Part shown: positions 48,601 to 58,547 of the stretch, one piece after another
Layout: each line of letters opens with the position of its first letter
Position numbering within the stretch: position 1 is the first letter of the stretch
DNA from: Thecamonas trahens ATCC 50062
Lineage: Eukaryota > Protista > Apusomonadida
DNA: 64,000 bases
Direction: 5' to 3'
NCBI RefSeq assembly: GCF_000142905.1
Contig: NW_013657658.1
Span: forward strand, 392,872 to 456,871
Position numbers and translations under genes: made by a program
Notes under the pieces: model-generated
The model's input: the letters and a program-made list of their open reading frames with translations, nothing else
What the model was told of the DNA's origin: nothing
The model's database searches: none

Positions 48601-51600
48601 CGGAGAGGAGCCGTCAGTGGCAAAGTCGCGGGCGGAGAGGCCAGTGACGTTTCCCTGGACATCGACCTCACAGCCGGAGACGCAGAATGCGGTGGAGGCG
48701 ACAATGCCGTTGACAAGCATCTCAACCTTGGCGTCGTAGACCGGGCTAGAGGTGTCGATGGAGCAGACGATAGACGAGGGCGACCATGCGGCGTTGTCGA
48801 CGGCGCAGGCGTGGCCCTCAAAGACGATGTCGATGGAGGTGCCGGAGGCGAGCGAGCCAAATCCGGCGCCGGTGATGGTGACCGGCTGCGAGCCGTGAAG
48901 GTCGACGATGCCCGGGGTGAGGTCGAGAATCTCAGGTACGACGCGTGCGGTGCAAGAAGCGCAGACGTGCGGCAGGTCGGTGTTGGGCGAGCCCGAGACG
49001 ATGTCGACGGCGACGGCCGCGCCAGCCTCGAGCAGGTCGGAAGTGACTGCTGCTGAGACGAGGGTCTCGTTGGCCGGCGTGACAACAAGGGCGACCGAGT
49101 CGATGGCGACGGCGACGTTGGTCATGCCGACGCCGTTGACGACGAAAGAGGAGGCGACCGAGGCGAGGGCGGAGAGCTCCAGATTGTCCGGGAGGTAGAC
49201 GTCGGCGCGGTAGCCGACCCATGGCCTACTCACGGCGGGGGTGCCGGCGTCGTCGGTGACGGCGATGGGATAGGGCCAGCCGGAGGTTGCGGGATCGGCG
49301 GCGCAGGAGAGGGAAGATGCGGAGCACGAGACGGCACCGGAGCAAAGCGAGACGGTGTAGGTGTGGGCGCAGTCAAAGATGCCCGAGAGGGTGAGGGTGG
49401 CGCCGCCAGACGACGACAGGTACTGGGGCGAGGCGGTGGAGACGTTGGCCGCGACCTTTGTGGTGCAGGTCCCAACGCATGCCGCCGGGATGCCGCCAGA
49501 GAGGACGGTGACGGTGAGGGCGTCGCCTAGCGCAGCGCGGGTGGGGGTGGTGAGGCACGAGACGGACGACGGCGAGTACCAGGCGACGAGCGGGCAGAGC
49601 TCGCCGTCGACCTGGATCTCGATGTCGCCGGGTGCGGCGCCGAGGCCGCCGCCGGTAATGAGCAACTCGACATCGCCGTCGACGGAGATGAGCGGGGAGA
49701 CGGTGGAGACGTTGCCGGTGACGGTAAAGCCAGTGCAGTCTGCACAGGCGAGGATGGACGAGCCATCGCTCACGGTGAGGTTGTAGTAGCCAGCGGCAGC
49801 AAACGGCGAGGCGGTGCAGGAGAGGTGTGTGGCGTTGAGCGCGTCGACAACGCAGGGCGAGTCGGCGGTATCGGTGGCAAACCAGGCCGTGGTTTGACGG
49901 GCAGGGTCAAAGGTACCGGTGAGGAGGAACTGAACACCCCCTGGCGGGCTCATGGCCTTGTTGCCGGCGACGGCGTCGATGATGCCGAGGTAGCGGACGT
50001 CGATGGGAGCGGTGGCTGCGACGGAAGCGGCGGTGAGGCTCAGGGTGACGTTGGTGGCGAGCGAGGAAGCGGCCATGGTACAGGTGGCGGACGAGTCGGA
50101 GGTCCACGAGACCGAGTCACAACCAGCAATGACGAGGCCGAGGTCAGTAGCGCCAAAGCCCGCGCCTGTCAGGGTGACGACGGGAGAGCCGTCGAGGGCG
50201 ATGGCGCTAGGATTGGCGGAGGCGATGACCGGCCTAAAGGTGAGCGAGTCGAGCGCGCATGCAGCGCCGGTGCACTCGAGGTCGGCGTCACCGTCGTTGA
50301 CTGTGGCGAGCTCGGCGGCGGCGGTCGGGGTGGCGACCGGGGCCACGGTGCATGTGAGGACAGCCGGGGCGCAGCCGAGGGTAGAGCAGGAGGAGCCGGT
50401 GGAGAAAGCGACAGTGAAGGTCTTGGCGCAGTCAAACTGGCCGCCGAGGGTGGCGACGGTAGAGCCGTCTGCGGCAAAGGTTGTGGTGGACCAAGCGCCG
50501 TCGACAATGGAGGCGACGTCAAAGACGCAGCCGCCAGGGCACTTGTAGGCAGCGGCGCGGGCGTCAGCGGTGACAGCAACGGCGACGGCCGATGCCGGCG
50601 CGGCAGCGACGGAAGCGCAGGTGAGCTGGGTACCGTTGGCGAGGGCGGACTCGCTGGAGCAGACGTCGACGGCGGCGCCGACGAGACCAAAGCCGTGCAG
50701 GGTCATGGGAGTGGCGCCTGCGGCGGCGACACGGGCCGGGACGACGTCAGTGACGACGGCGCGGATGGCGAGCGAGGCCGAGGTGACCGAGGGGGCGAGA
50801 AAGATGGCGAGGTCGTCGGCGTCAAAGCCTGCGGTGATGGAGATGCCCGAGGCGGCGGAGGCGACGGCCGGGATGGTGCAGGAGAAGGAGGCGGACGAGG
50901 GCGCTGAGCCAGTGCAGTTGATGCCCGAGCTGAGGACGAGGGTGTAGTCGGCAGCGTTGGCTACGATGCCTGAGAAGACGAGGGCGGTGGAGCCGTCGGC
51001 GTCAAGGACGGAGCCCGAGGTGAGGGCGCCAAGCGAGGGGAGGACGAGAAGGTCACAGGTGGCGATGCATGTGGCCGGAACAGACCAGGTGGTGACGGTC
51101 ACGGTTCTGGCTCCGATTGCTGGCTGTGCAGCGGACGGGGTGCAGACGATCTGCGAGCCATCCGGCGCAACGTACGAGGTGGAGCAGGGGACCGAGCCGA
51201 GGGCAACAACAAGGCCGGCGAGGTCGACATTGAAGCCGGAGCCGGAGACGGTGACGGCGGTGGTGCCGATGGCGTCGAGTGAGGCCGGGGCGACGGCGGA
51301 GATGGTGGGCGCAAAGACGAGGGCACCGGGGGCACAGGCCGGGCCGGTACAGGGGATGGCGCCGAGAGCGTCAGAGACGGTGGCGATTTGGGTGGCGTTG
51401 GTGGCCGAGGCGACCGGCTCGACATCGCAGGTGAGCTGCGAGGAGGAGCAGGCTGTGACCGAGCAGTTTGAGCCGGACTCAAAGGTGACGGTAAACGGGG
51501 CGAGGGCGCAGTCAAAAGAGCCGCCGAGGGTGACACCAGTGGTGGAGCCGTCTGTGGCAAAGGTGGTGAGCGAGAAGGCGCCGTTGACCGCGGCACGGAT

Positions 51601-54593
51601 GACGAGCACGCAGCCGCCGGGACAGCTATCCAGCGCCGGGCGGGAGGCAATTGTAGCGGTGACGAGTGCGTTGGAGGTTGCCGAGTTGGGCGCCGGATCG
51701 CAAATGAGCTCGGTGCCGCCGGCATTGGGCGTTGTCGACTCGCAGTTGACGCCTGCGATGGCGGCAGTCGGCGAGGCGCCGGCGAAGCCAGCTCCGGTGA
51801 GGGTGAGAAGGGTGGAGCCTGCGACATCGAGGGTGGCCGGCGAGAGGCTGGCGATGACGGCGTCGTAGGCGAGCGGGGTGGCGAGGGCTGAGTCTGCGGT
51901 GAGATTGTAGGAGCCGTCGGCGACAAAAGCGATGGCGACGGCAGGGTCTGCGGCGATGACCGCGGGCGCAGTGCAGTTGAGCTCGGTGGTGGTGAGTGAG
52001 GAGAGCGGACAGTCGAGTCCGCCGTAGGAGGTGGTGAGATGCAGGGTGTAGGAGGCGAGCGGAATGGCGGTGTCAAAGATGCCGGAGAGCGAGAGCGTTG
52101 ACAAGCCGTCTGCGCGCAAGGCGGTTGGTGAGGTGACGGCATCGAGAGCGGAGATGACGTCGCGGACGCAGCCGCCGGGGACGGAGCATGCCGGAGGAAC
52201 AGCGTTGACGGTGAGGGCAACGGAGGCGGCCGAAGCGGGAGCGGGATGCGGGCCGGGATCGCAGACAAGCTGGGTGGCGGGGCCGTTGACGGTTGGCGAG
52301 GTGCAGACGATGCCTCCGACAGAGACTGCCGCGGTGCCAGCAAAGCCCGAGCCGGTGAGGGTGAGCGCGGTGAGGCCAAGGGCATCGAGGCGTGGCGGGG
52401 CGATGGCCGTGAGCGTCGGCTGAAAGGTGAGGATGTCAGTCGCGCAGGCGGGGCCGGAGCAGGTGAGCGCGGCTAGGTCGTCGGAGACAGCGGAGATCTC
52501 TGCGGTGGAGGTTGCCGAGGAGTGCGGGGCGACGACGCAGGAGAGGTGGTCCGGGGCGCAGTAAAGGTGGGAGCAGCCTGTGCCTGTGGAGAAATCGATG
52601 TCAAACGAGCGGGCGCAGTCAAAGGTGCCGGCAAGGGTGACGTTGGACGAGCCGTCTGTGGCAAAGGTACGGGAGGAAAAGTCGCCGGTGACGACCGAGG
52701 CAAAGGCGATGGCACACGGACTCGACGCGCACTTGTGAACGGCGGGGGAGCCGGCGGCGGTGATTGCCAGGGCTGCGGCCGAGGTCGGCGATGCCGAAGC
52801 CGGAGAGCAGGTGAGCGAGAGACCGTCACCGGCGGCGAGGGGCGAGGTGCAGGCGACGCCGTCGATGGAGACCGAGGGCGAGGCGCTAAAGCCGGCACCG
52901 GAGATGGTGATGACGGCAGGCGCGATAGCGTCGACGCGAGCCGGCGCGACGGCGGTGATGACAGCACGATAGGTAAAGGTGGTAGCGACGGCGGCCGGGG
53001 CCATGTCGAGAATGTAGACGCCGTCTGAGACGAGCCCGAGTGGGACCGAGGTCTGTGCGGCGGTGACGGCGGCGGCGGTGCAGTTGAGTTCGGTCGAGGA
53101 GACGGCAAAGCCAGTGCAGGGCGTGGGTCCCGGGGAAGTATCGATGTCGACGGTGTAGGTTGCCGGAGCGATGGCGGTGTCAAAGATGCCGGAGAGAGTG
53201 ACGATAGACGAGCCGTCTGCGTCGAGAGTGGTCGACGAGGAGACGGCGGCAACGGCGGAGACGATGGCGACGGTGCACGCGTCGACGAGGTCGTTGCAGC
53301 CCGAGGGACGCGAGGCCGAGACGAGGGCGACAGGCACCGAGGGCGAGGCGGCCGACTGCGGGCCCGGATCGCAGGTGACTGAGGTCTCGGAGATGGCGGA
53401 GAGGGCTTCACAGGCAACGGCTCCGACGGTGAGCTCCGAAACACCGCCGAGGCCATTACCGAGCACGGTGAGGGCGACGAGGCCAAGGCCATCGAGCTCT
53501 GCCACGGAGAGGCCCGTAATGGTGGGATCGATGGCAAAGTCATCGCAGATAGGACAGACGACAGGCGTGCCCGCTGTGTGTATGTGGGCGGTAGTGATGT
53601 CGAGCGAGACGTTTGACGGTGTGGCAAACGAGGTAAACTCGATGTGCGTAGAGTTGCAAGCATCAGGCGATGAGTCTGCCAGGGTAGAGTCGTCAAAGGT
53701 GACCGAGACATCGATGCAGGAGAAGCCTGATCCAGAGAGAGTGAGCCCGTATGAACCATCTGCGAGGAGGTCCTTGCTGGAGGAGATGGTGGTGACGGCT
53801 GGAGGAGGGTGAGGGTGAGTGGGTGGAGGGGGGGGGGGTGGGTGGGGAGGGTGAGGGTGAGGGAGGGGGGGGTGGAGGGGGGGGGGGGGGTTGGTGGAGG
53901 GTGTGNNNNNNNNNNNNNNNNNNNNNNNNNNNNNNNNNNNNNNNNNNNNNNNNNNNNNNNNNNNNNNNNNNNNNNNNNNNNNNNNNNNNNNNNNNNNNNN
54001 NNNNNNNNNNNNNNNNNNNNNNNNNNNNNNNNNNNNNNNNNNNNNNNNNNNNNNNNNNNNNNNNNNNNNNNNNNNNNNNNNNNNNNNNNNNNNNNNNNNN
54101 NNNNNNNNNNNNNNNNNNNNNNNNNNNNNNNNNNNNNNNNNNNNNNNNNNNNNNNNNNNNNNNNNNNNNNNNNNNNNNNNNNNNNNNNNNNNNNNNNNNN
54201 NNNNNNNNNNNNNNNNNNNNGAGGGGGGGGGTTGGGTGGAGGGTGTGCAAGTGTGAGAGTGTGTGTATGTGTGTGTGTGTGTGGGATTGTATGTATGTAT
54301 GTGTATGTGTATGTATGTATGTGTATGTGTATGTGTATGTGTATGTATGTGTCCGTGTGGGTGCGGGTGGGTGTGGGTGTGGGTCTGTGGGGGTGGGTGG
54401 AAGATGACCCTTCGGCCTGACAACATGGGTGGCAGGTATGGGCAATGGTGTAGGTGGGGGGCGGGGGGCCGGGGCGAGGAAGGGTGGAGGGGCTGTGGCG
54501 GTACGTACTGCCGGTAGCAACCGCAAGGGGGATGAGGATGGAGAGGGTAAGGGCGAGGATGGCAGGTGGTGGGAGCAGGGGATGCGATAGCAT
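10059..54593 (-). CDS. Giant (~14,600 aa) cell-surface protein: signal peptide, IPT/TIG array, polymorphic-membrane-protein-like beta-helix, Cys-rich, multi-TM and Ser-rich tail. Exon 1 is 54593..54509 and exon 2 is 53798..10059, with 8 apparent 1-nt frameshifts
   Basis: Nine consecutive minus-strand ORF segments (in ORFs 47113..54426, 46778..47284, 45945..47213, 44338..46626, 40271..45325, 39831..40637, 28366..40062, 17687..29638, 10059..17618) have frames cycling 0,1,2,0,1,2,0,1,2. At each junction the repeat motif continues once one base is added (~47422, 47242, 46884, 45398, 40660, 40175, 28864, 17709). Signal exon MLSHPLLPPPAILALTLSILIPLAVATG has a GTACGT donor at 54508 and a phase-matched acceptor (CCAG|CC at 53798). 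85+43740+8 = 43833 nt = 14611 codons. An N gap inside the intron could hide further exons. Confidence 0.8.
13000..39190 (-). repeat. Right-handed parallel beta-helix region (GG(A/G)(I/L/V) plus FxxN/xxC repeats, Chlamydia Pmp-like/pectin-lyase fold), about 8,700 aa
   Basis: Hundreds of ~25-30 aa units such as FANNTAVAGSGGGIVV, FSANAAVTNGGGLWM and ISDCSAARGGGAGA, plus three Cys-rich cap modules with a V.(V/I)R.G.Y(T/S)G..N..L motif. Confidence 0.88.
39190..53798 (-). repeat. Tandem IPT/TIG (fibrocystin/PKHD1-like Ig) domain array of the giant protein, roughly 50 domains
   Basis: Recurrent ~85-100 aa unit P.I..I.P..G...GG..LTI.G.GF......V.(L/I)GG..C.......T.L.C......, e.g. PRIDSIIPQVGSSAGGAILTLVGSGF and ITSIAPTAGSVSGGYTLTVSGEGF. 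The count is an estimate from length. Confidence 0.85.
53799..54508 (-). other. Predicted first intron of the giant gene, with a (TACA/TACACA)n microsatellite, C-runs and an assembly gap (N 53906-54220)
   Basis: GTACGT donor, CTCAC branch-like motifs and CCAG acceptor on the minus strand; low-complexity repeats at ~54240-54395. Confidence 0.7.
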
Positions 54594-55148
54594 GGTGAGG
54601 CGCCCTGGTCTCTGTCGGGAGAGGGAAAGAGAGAGAGAGAGAGAGAAGAGCGGCAGAGAGAAAACGTGGTGTGTCAGACGAGTTTGGGCGGTTCGGGCGG
54701 CATCAAGGTTGGCGTGAGGGTTGGCCACGCGAGTGGTAGCATCTGCTTGCGATCGGGATTTGAAGGTGATGTGCGCGTGTGATGGGTATCGGGGCCGTTG
54801 TGCTTGGGGGTGTAGGCGGCAGCGATGTGTTCGGGGCGATGTAAGTGGGTGCATGCTGTGGGTGCCGGCAGAGCGCGCAGTGCTCGGCATGGTCGGACGA
54901 CAAGGGCGAGCGACCGTGTTGTTGCGGACTTTGCACTCTGGATTCGCCATGTCGATGGCGGGAGATGGGATGATGGACCACCACCTCACCCACACTCGCC
55001 GCTTTGAGCTATCATCCGAAGAAACAACAGGAACGAGTGCAACAGCTTTGTGATCGAGCCTCCCCCCTCCCCCTCCCCGCGCCGCCTGCGATAGCCATCA
55101 CACCATCGCTAGGCCAGCATGATGTTTATTGTTTAGCGATGCAGGTTG

Positions 55149-56905
55149 TCAGAGAATGTACATGTAGATGAGAAGAGACACAAGCGAGAGCGATGCGCCG
55201 GCAGCAATAATGGTCGGGACAGAGCTGGCGGACTGGCCCGACGGCTGAGGCACGACTGGCTCGGCCGCGATAGGGGTCTTGGTTGTGGCTTTTGGGGCGG
55301 CCGAACTGTTGCGCCTGCGCAATGTGGCCTCGAGCTCTGCAAGATGGGGGCTTGACTTGCGAGTCGCGCGTATCGGGGAAGTCGGCGAGTAGGGAGCTGT
55401 GCGCGACTGCGAGGGAGCTGGCGGCGGCGTGCTGGGGTCCAAGTTGGCGCTCTGGAGCTGGCTGGCGGTGTCGTGGATGGCCGGAGCGACGGATCGGGAG
55501 AGAAAGCCATCGAGGGTGACGGACATGTCCTTGATGGCTCCTGTGACAAAGCAGTCTCCCGCATCGGCTGCTGGCAGCTGAGTCTCGTAAACGCCGGCAG
55601 TGTGGAGGAGGCAGCGTGTGTCCGGAAGCGAGGCGGCGCTGGCGGGCGCAACGAGAACGGCGTCTAGATCGTGGCGGAGCGAGGTCTCCAGTGGAGTTGG
55701 GCGCGACACGACACCAATATCTTTGAGCGTGTCGACAGCAGATTGGGTGTTGGCGAGCGAGCAGTCGGCGGCGAGGCCCTTGAGGGTCTTGACCGTGAGC
55801 AGGCGCGCGCGCTGCGATCGGGCGCTGGGGCTGTCATCGTCGCCAACCTCCAAGGACTGCGGGATAGCCGCCGACGAGGTGGCTGCTGGCTTCCAGGTTG
55901 GGGCCATGGTGGCGGTAGCTGTGACGATTTCCAGCGGGAACAACGACTGCGCGCCTTCAGCGTTGTCGGGGCGGCCAAGAGTGGGCGGACAAAGACCGCG
56001 ACGACCAAACGCTGCTCCGTGCCAAGCATGCCGAGAGATGCGGTCCAGACAGGCTTGCTCGCTCCGGTCGGGTTGGAGATGGTGAAGCCAAAGGGAGCAA
56101 CCATGTCCTCGATGATCCAGCCGTCGCGGGCGACGACGTCGAGCGTCGTCTTCATCGACACGATGGACGAGACGTGGCCGAGGATGTGGCCAAACTGCTG
56201 AGCAAAGACGTCGACCTCGTCGGCGGACGTACCAGCCACATACGTGTAGCGCCCAGAGGCGATGTTGGCAAGATGCTGCAAAAACGTTGCATTGTGCTCC
56301 GATGACATACCCACGGTGTGGAGCGAGAGCTGATGGCCGGCCGGCAGGCAATCGATCGTGGTGCGGAGGACGCTCGTTGTTGCGTCGGGGTCGTGGGCCT
56401 CGCCATCGGTAAAGAGAATGATGGTGTGGAGGCGCTCTTTGTTGACGCTTGCCGCCGCCAAGTGAAATGCGGTCTGTAAGGCGGCACCCATGGCGGTTCC
56501 ACCTGAAGCTCGCAGCTTCTCCACTGCTGCAGTTGCCAGCTTGTATGCCTGGCCGGTGCGGACAAGGATGCGCGGTGACGAGCTGAACTCGATGAGCGAG
56601 AACGTAATGCCGCGCTCCTCCAGCAGCAGCAGGACCTGCTTCATGGCATCCTTCAGCAGCTGCATTCGCGAGCCGGCCATCGATCCTGACGAGTCGAGCA
56701 GGAGCGTCACCGCCGACGATGCCACCGGCGCAGAGGCAGGTGCCTCCACCGTCACGTCGACCCGGAACATGTCATCAGAACCGACGACTCGGTCGACCGA
56801 GCGGCTGACGCTGGCGGTGGTGGAGGCATTGGCATCTACCGGGTTTATGCCGTTGCCCATGCCCTTCACCACGCATGCCGTCTGTCCTGTACCGCTCGCA
56901 GCCAT
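55149..56905 (-). CDS. von Willebrand factor A (vWA) domain protein with a C-terminal hydrophobic tail; one apparent 1-nt frameshift at ~55970
   Basis: MIDAS motif LLLDSSGSM, GGTAMGAAL, IILFTDGEA, LHTVGMSSEHNATFLQHLANIASGRYTYV. The frame changes at GCC CC GAC (minus-strand C-run 55968-55971) into ORF 55149..56351, which ends IIAAGASLSLVSLLIYMYIL. The 5' end lies next to an N gap, so upstream exons are possible. Confidence 0.8.
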
Positions 56906-56968
56906 ATCACCTTTACACTCTTATGATGTTAACTCGAGAGATGTATGTCCCTCCCTCCCCCCCCCCCC

Positions 56969-57214
56969 NNNNNNNNNNNNNNNNNNNNNNNNNNNNNNNN
57001 NNNNNNNNNNNNNNNNNNNNNNNNNNNNNNNNNNNNNNNNNNNNNNNNNNNNNNNNNNNNNNNNNNNNNNNNNNNNNNNNNNNNNNNNNNNNNNNNNNNN
57101 NNNNNNNNNNNNNNNNNNNNNNNNNNNNNNNNNNNNNNNNNNNNNNNNNNNNNNNNNNNNNNNNNNNNNNNNNNNNNNNNNNNNNNNNNNNNNNNNNNNN
57201 NNNNNNNNNNNNNN
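56969..57214. other. Assembly gap flanked by poly-C runs
   Basis: Run of N characters. Confidence 0.99.
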
Positions 57215-57482
57215 CCCCCCCACCCGCTACCGTGTCCATGTGTGGGTATATTCCATGAGCGACATCGGCTTGTGTGTGGGGGTGGGTATTGGTCGAGTTC
57301 CAAAGCAGGCCGCGGGTGTTCCAGTGCGAGTGCGGGGAGGGAGGTTACACCGGCAGACGACGGAGCAAATCGGGCCGGCGCTTTGCCGTCGATGCGCTCG
57401 CCCACCCATGTCATCGACCGACAGGCGGCAATTATGTTGGGGTGTACTTATTCAGGATTCGCTACGAGGGCCTCCAAGGTGA

Positions 57483-58490
57483 CACTCATTAGGTGTCCTC
57501 GTTGAGGATCAGCTTGCGAGCAGTGCCGACGCCGTTGTACTTGACAAGCTTTCGGGCGAGGGCGGTGTTGATCACAGACGCGCCAAGACCCTTTCGCCAC
57601 ACGTGATCTGGGAGCATCATCTTGATCCTGGAGCCGCAATCGGCCTTGGACATACCACCGACCGACTTGGCCTCCTGCAAGGCCATGGCCAACTCTTCCA
57701 GCCCGAGCTCGACGGCGTCGGTGCGGCCGTGGCTCTCATCAGACTCACTAATGGAGCCTGTGGAGCTTCCAGCGCCACACCAGAGCGCGTTGCTGCAGCC
57801 ACGTTTGCAGACGGACTCGACTCGGACGTGGCCGCCGTGCTTGCCTCTGGTCACAACGTGGCTGGTCTGGACTGCATCGGCCAGCGCGAGGTTAAGGAAG
57901 GCGGGTTGGAGCTTTGCACCCCCGTGCATCGCGCGCATCTCGTCGCCGATGGCCTTGAGCGTGGGGAGGGAGCCGCTGTTGCCCTTCTTGACCACATTGG
58001 CGAGGGCAACGGCGGAGTGAGCGGCGTCGGCGGGTTGGCCGGGCTCGACGAGGTGAGCTCGGGCTCGGGCCTCGATCACGTGCGGGCGCTGAGCATCGGG
58101 CTGGCGCTGGCGCGTGCGCTCGCCGAGGTCCACTCGATCACGGGCGACGGGCACGGCTCGCTCAAGCCATCCAACGTGGTGGTGGACACAAGAGCGGACG
58201 GATGGTCATCAAGAGCAACCAGGGGACGATGGCGGTGGTGCCATCGGTGGCGTGCATGGCGCCGGAGCAGCTGCGCGAAGCCGACGAGGGTTTCGAGGGC
58301 GGCATGTTCACTTTTGGCATGCTCCTCTACGAGATGCTCATACGAGCGCCGGCGTTTGATGGCAGCAACGCCATGGAGGTCGGTCGTCAGGTCCTCACCA
58401 GCAACGCTGCTAGTGCGATGGCGGGTGATTCATCCGGCGGTGTTGGTCGGTCGATCTGCTGGTGAGGCCCATGGCGCAGGAGGCTGCGGA
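57483..58490 (+). pseudogene. Degenerate Ser/Thr/TKL-type protein kinase (pseudogene or pseudokinase)
   Basis: Eroded subdomains: LGLLQGHGQLFQPELDG..AVALIRL (I-II), ALSIGLALARALAEVHS..GHGSLKPSNVVVD (HRD replaced by HGS), no DFG, MAPEQL (VIII), MFTFGMLLYEML...AFDG (IX), and ICW*GP (XI with a stop at 58463-58465). Frameshift at ~58200. Confidence 0.65.
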
Positions 58491-58547
58491 TGTGCTGGCG
58501 GCGGCGAGGATGCGGGCGCGGTGCTGGGGGAGTAAAGGCGGTGGGTG

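Noticed and set aside
10055-53812. The many 60-640 aa plus-strand and alternate-frame ORFs (e.g. 35092..37002, 20396..21871)
   Set aside because: Shadow ORFs expected from high GC and biased codon usage opposite a long gene; they show no recognisable domains.
53799-54426. His/Thr/Pro-rich N-terminus of the 2437-aa ORF
   Set aside because: Translation of an intronic microsatellite and N gap; the phase-matched signal-peptide exon at 54593..54509 is a better start.
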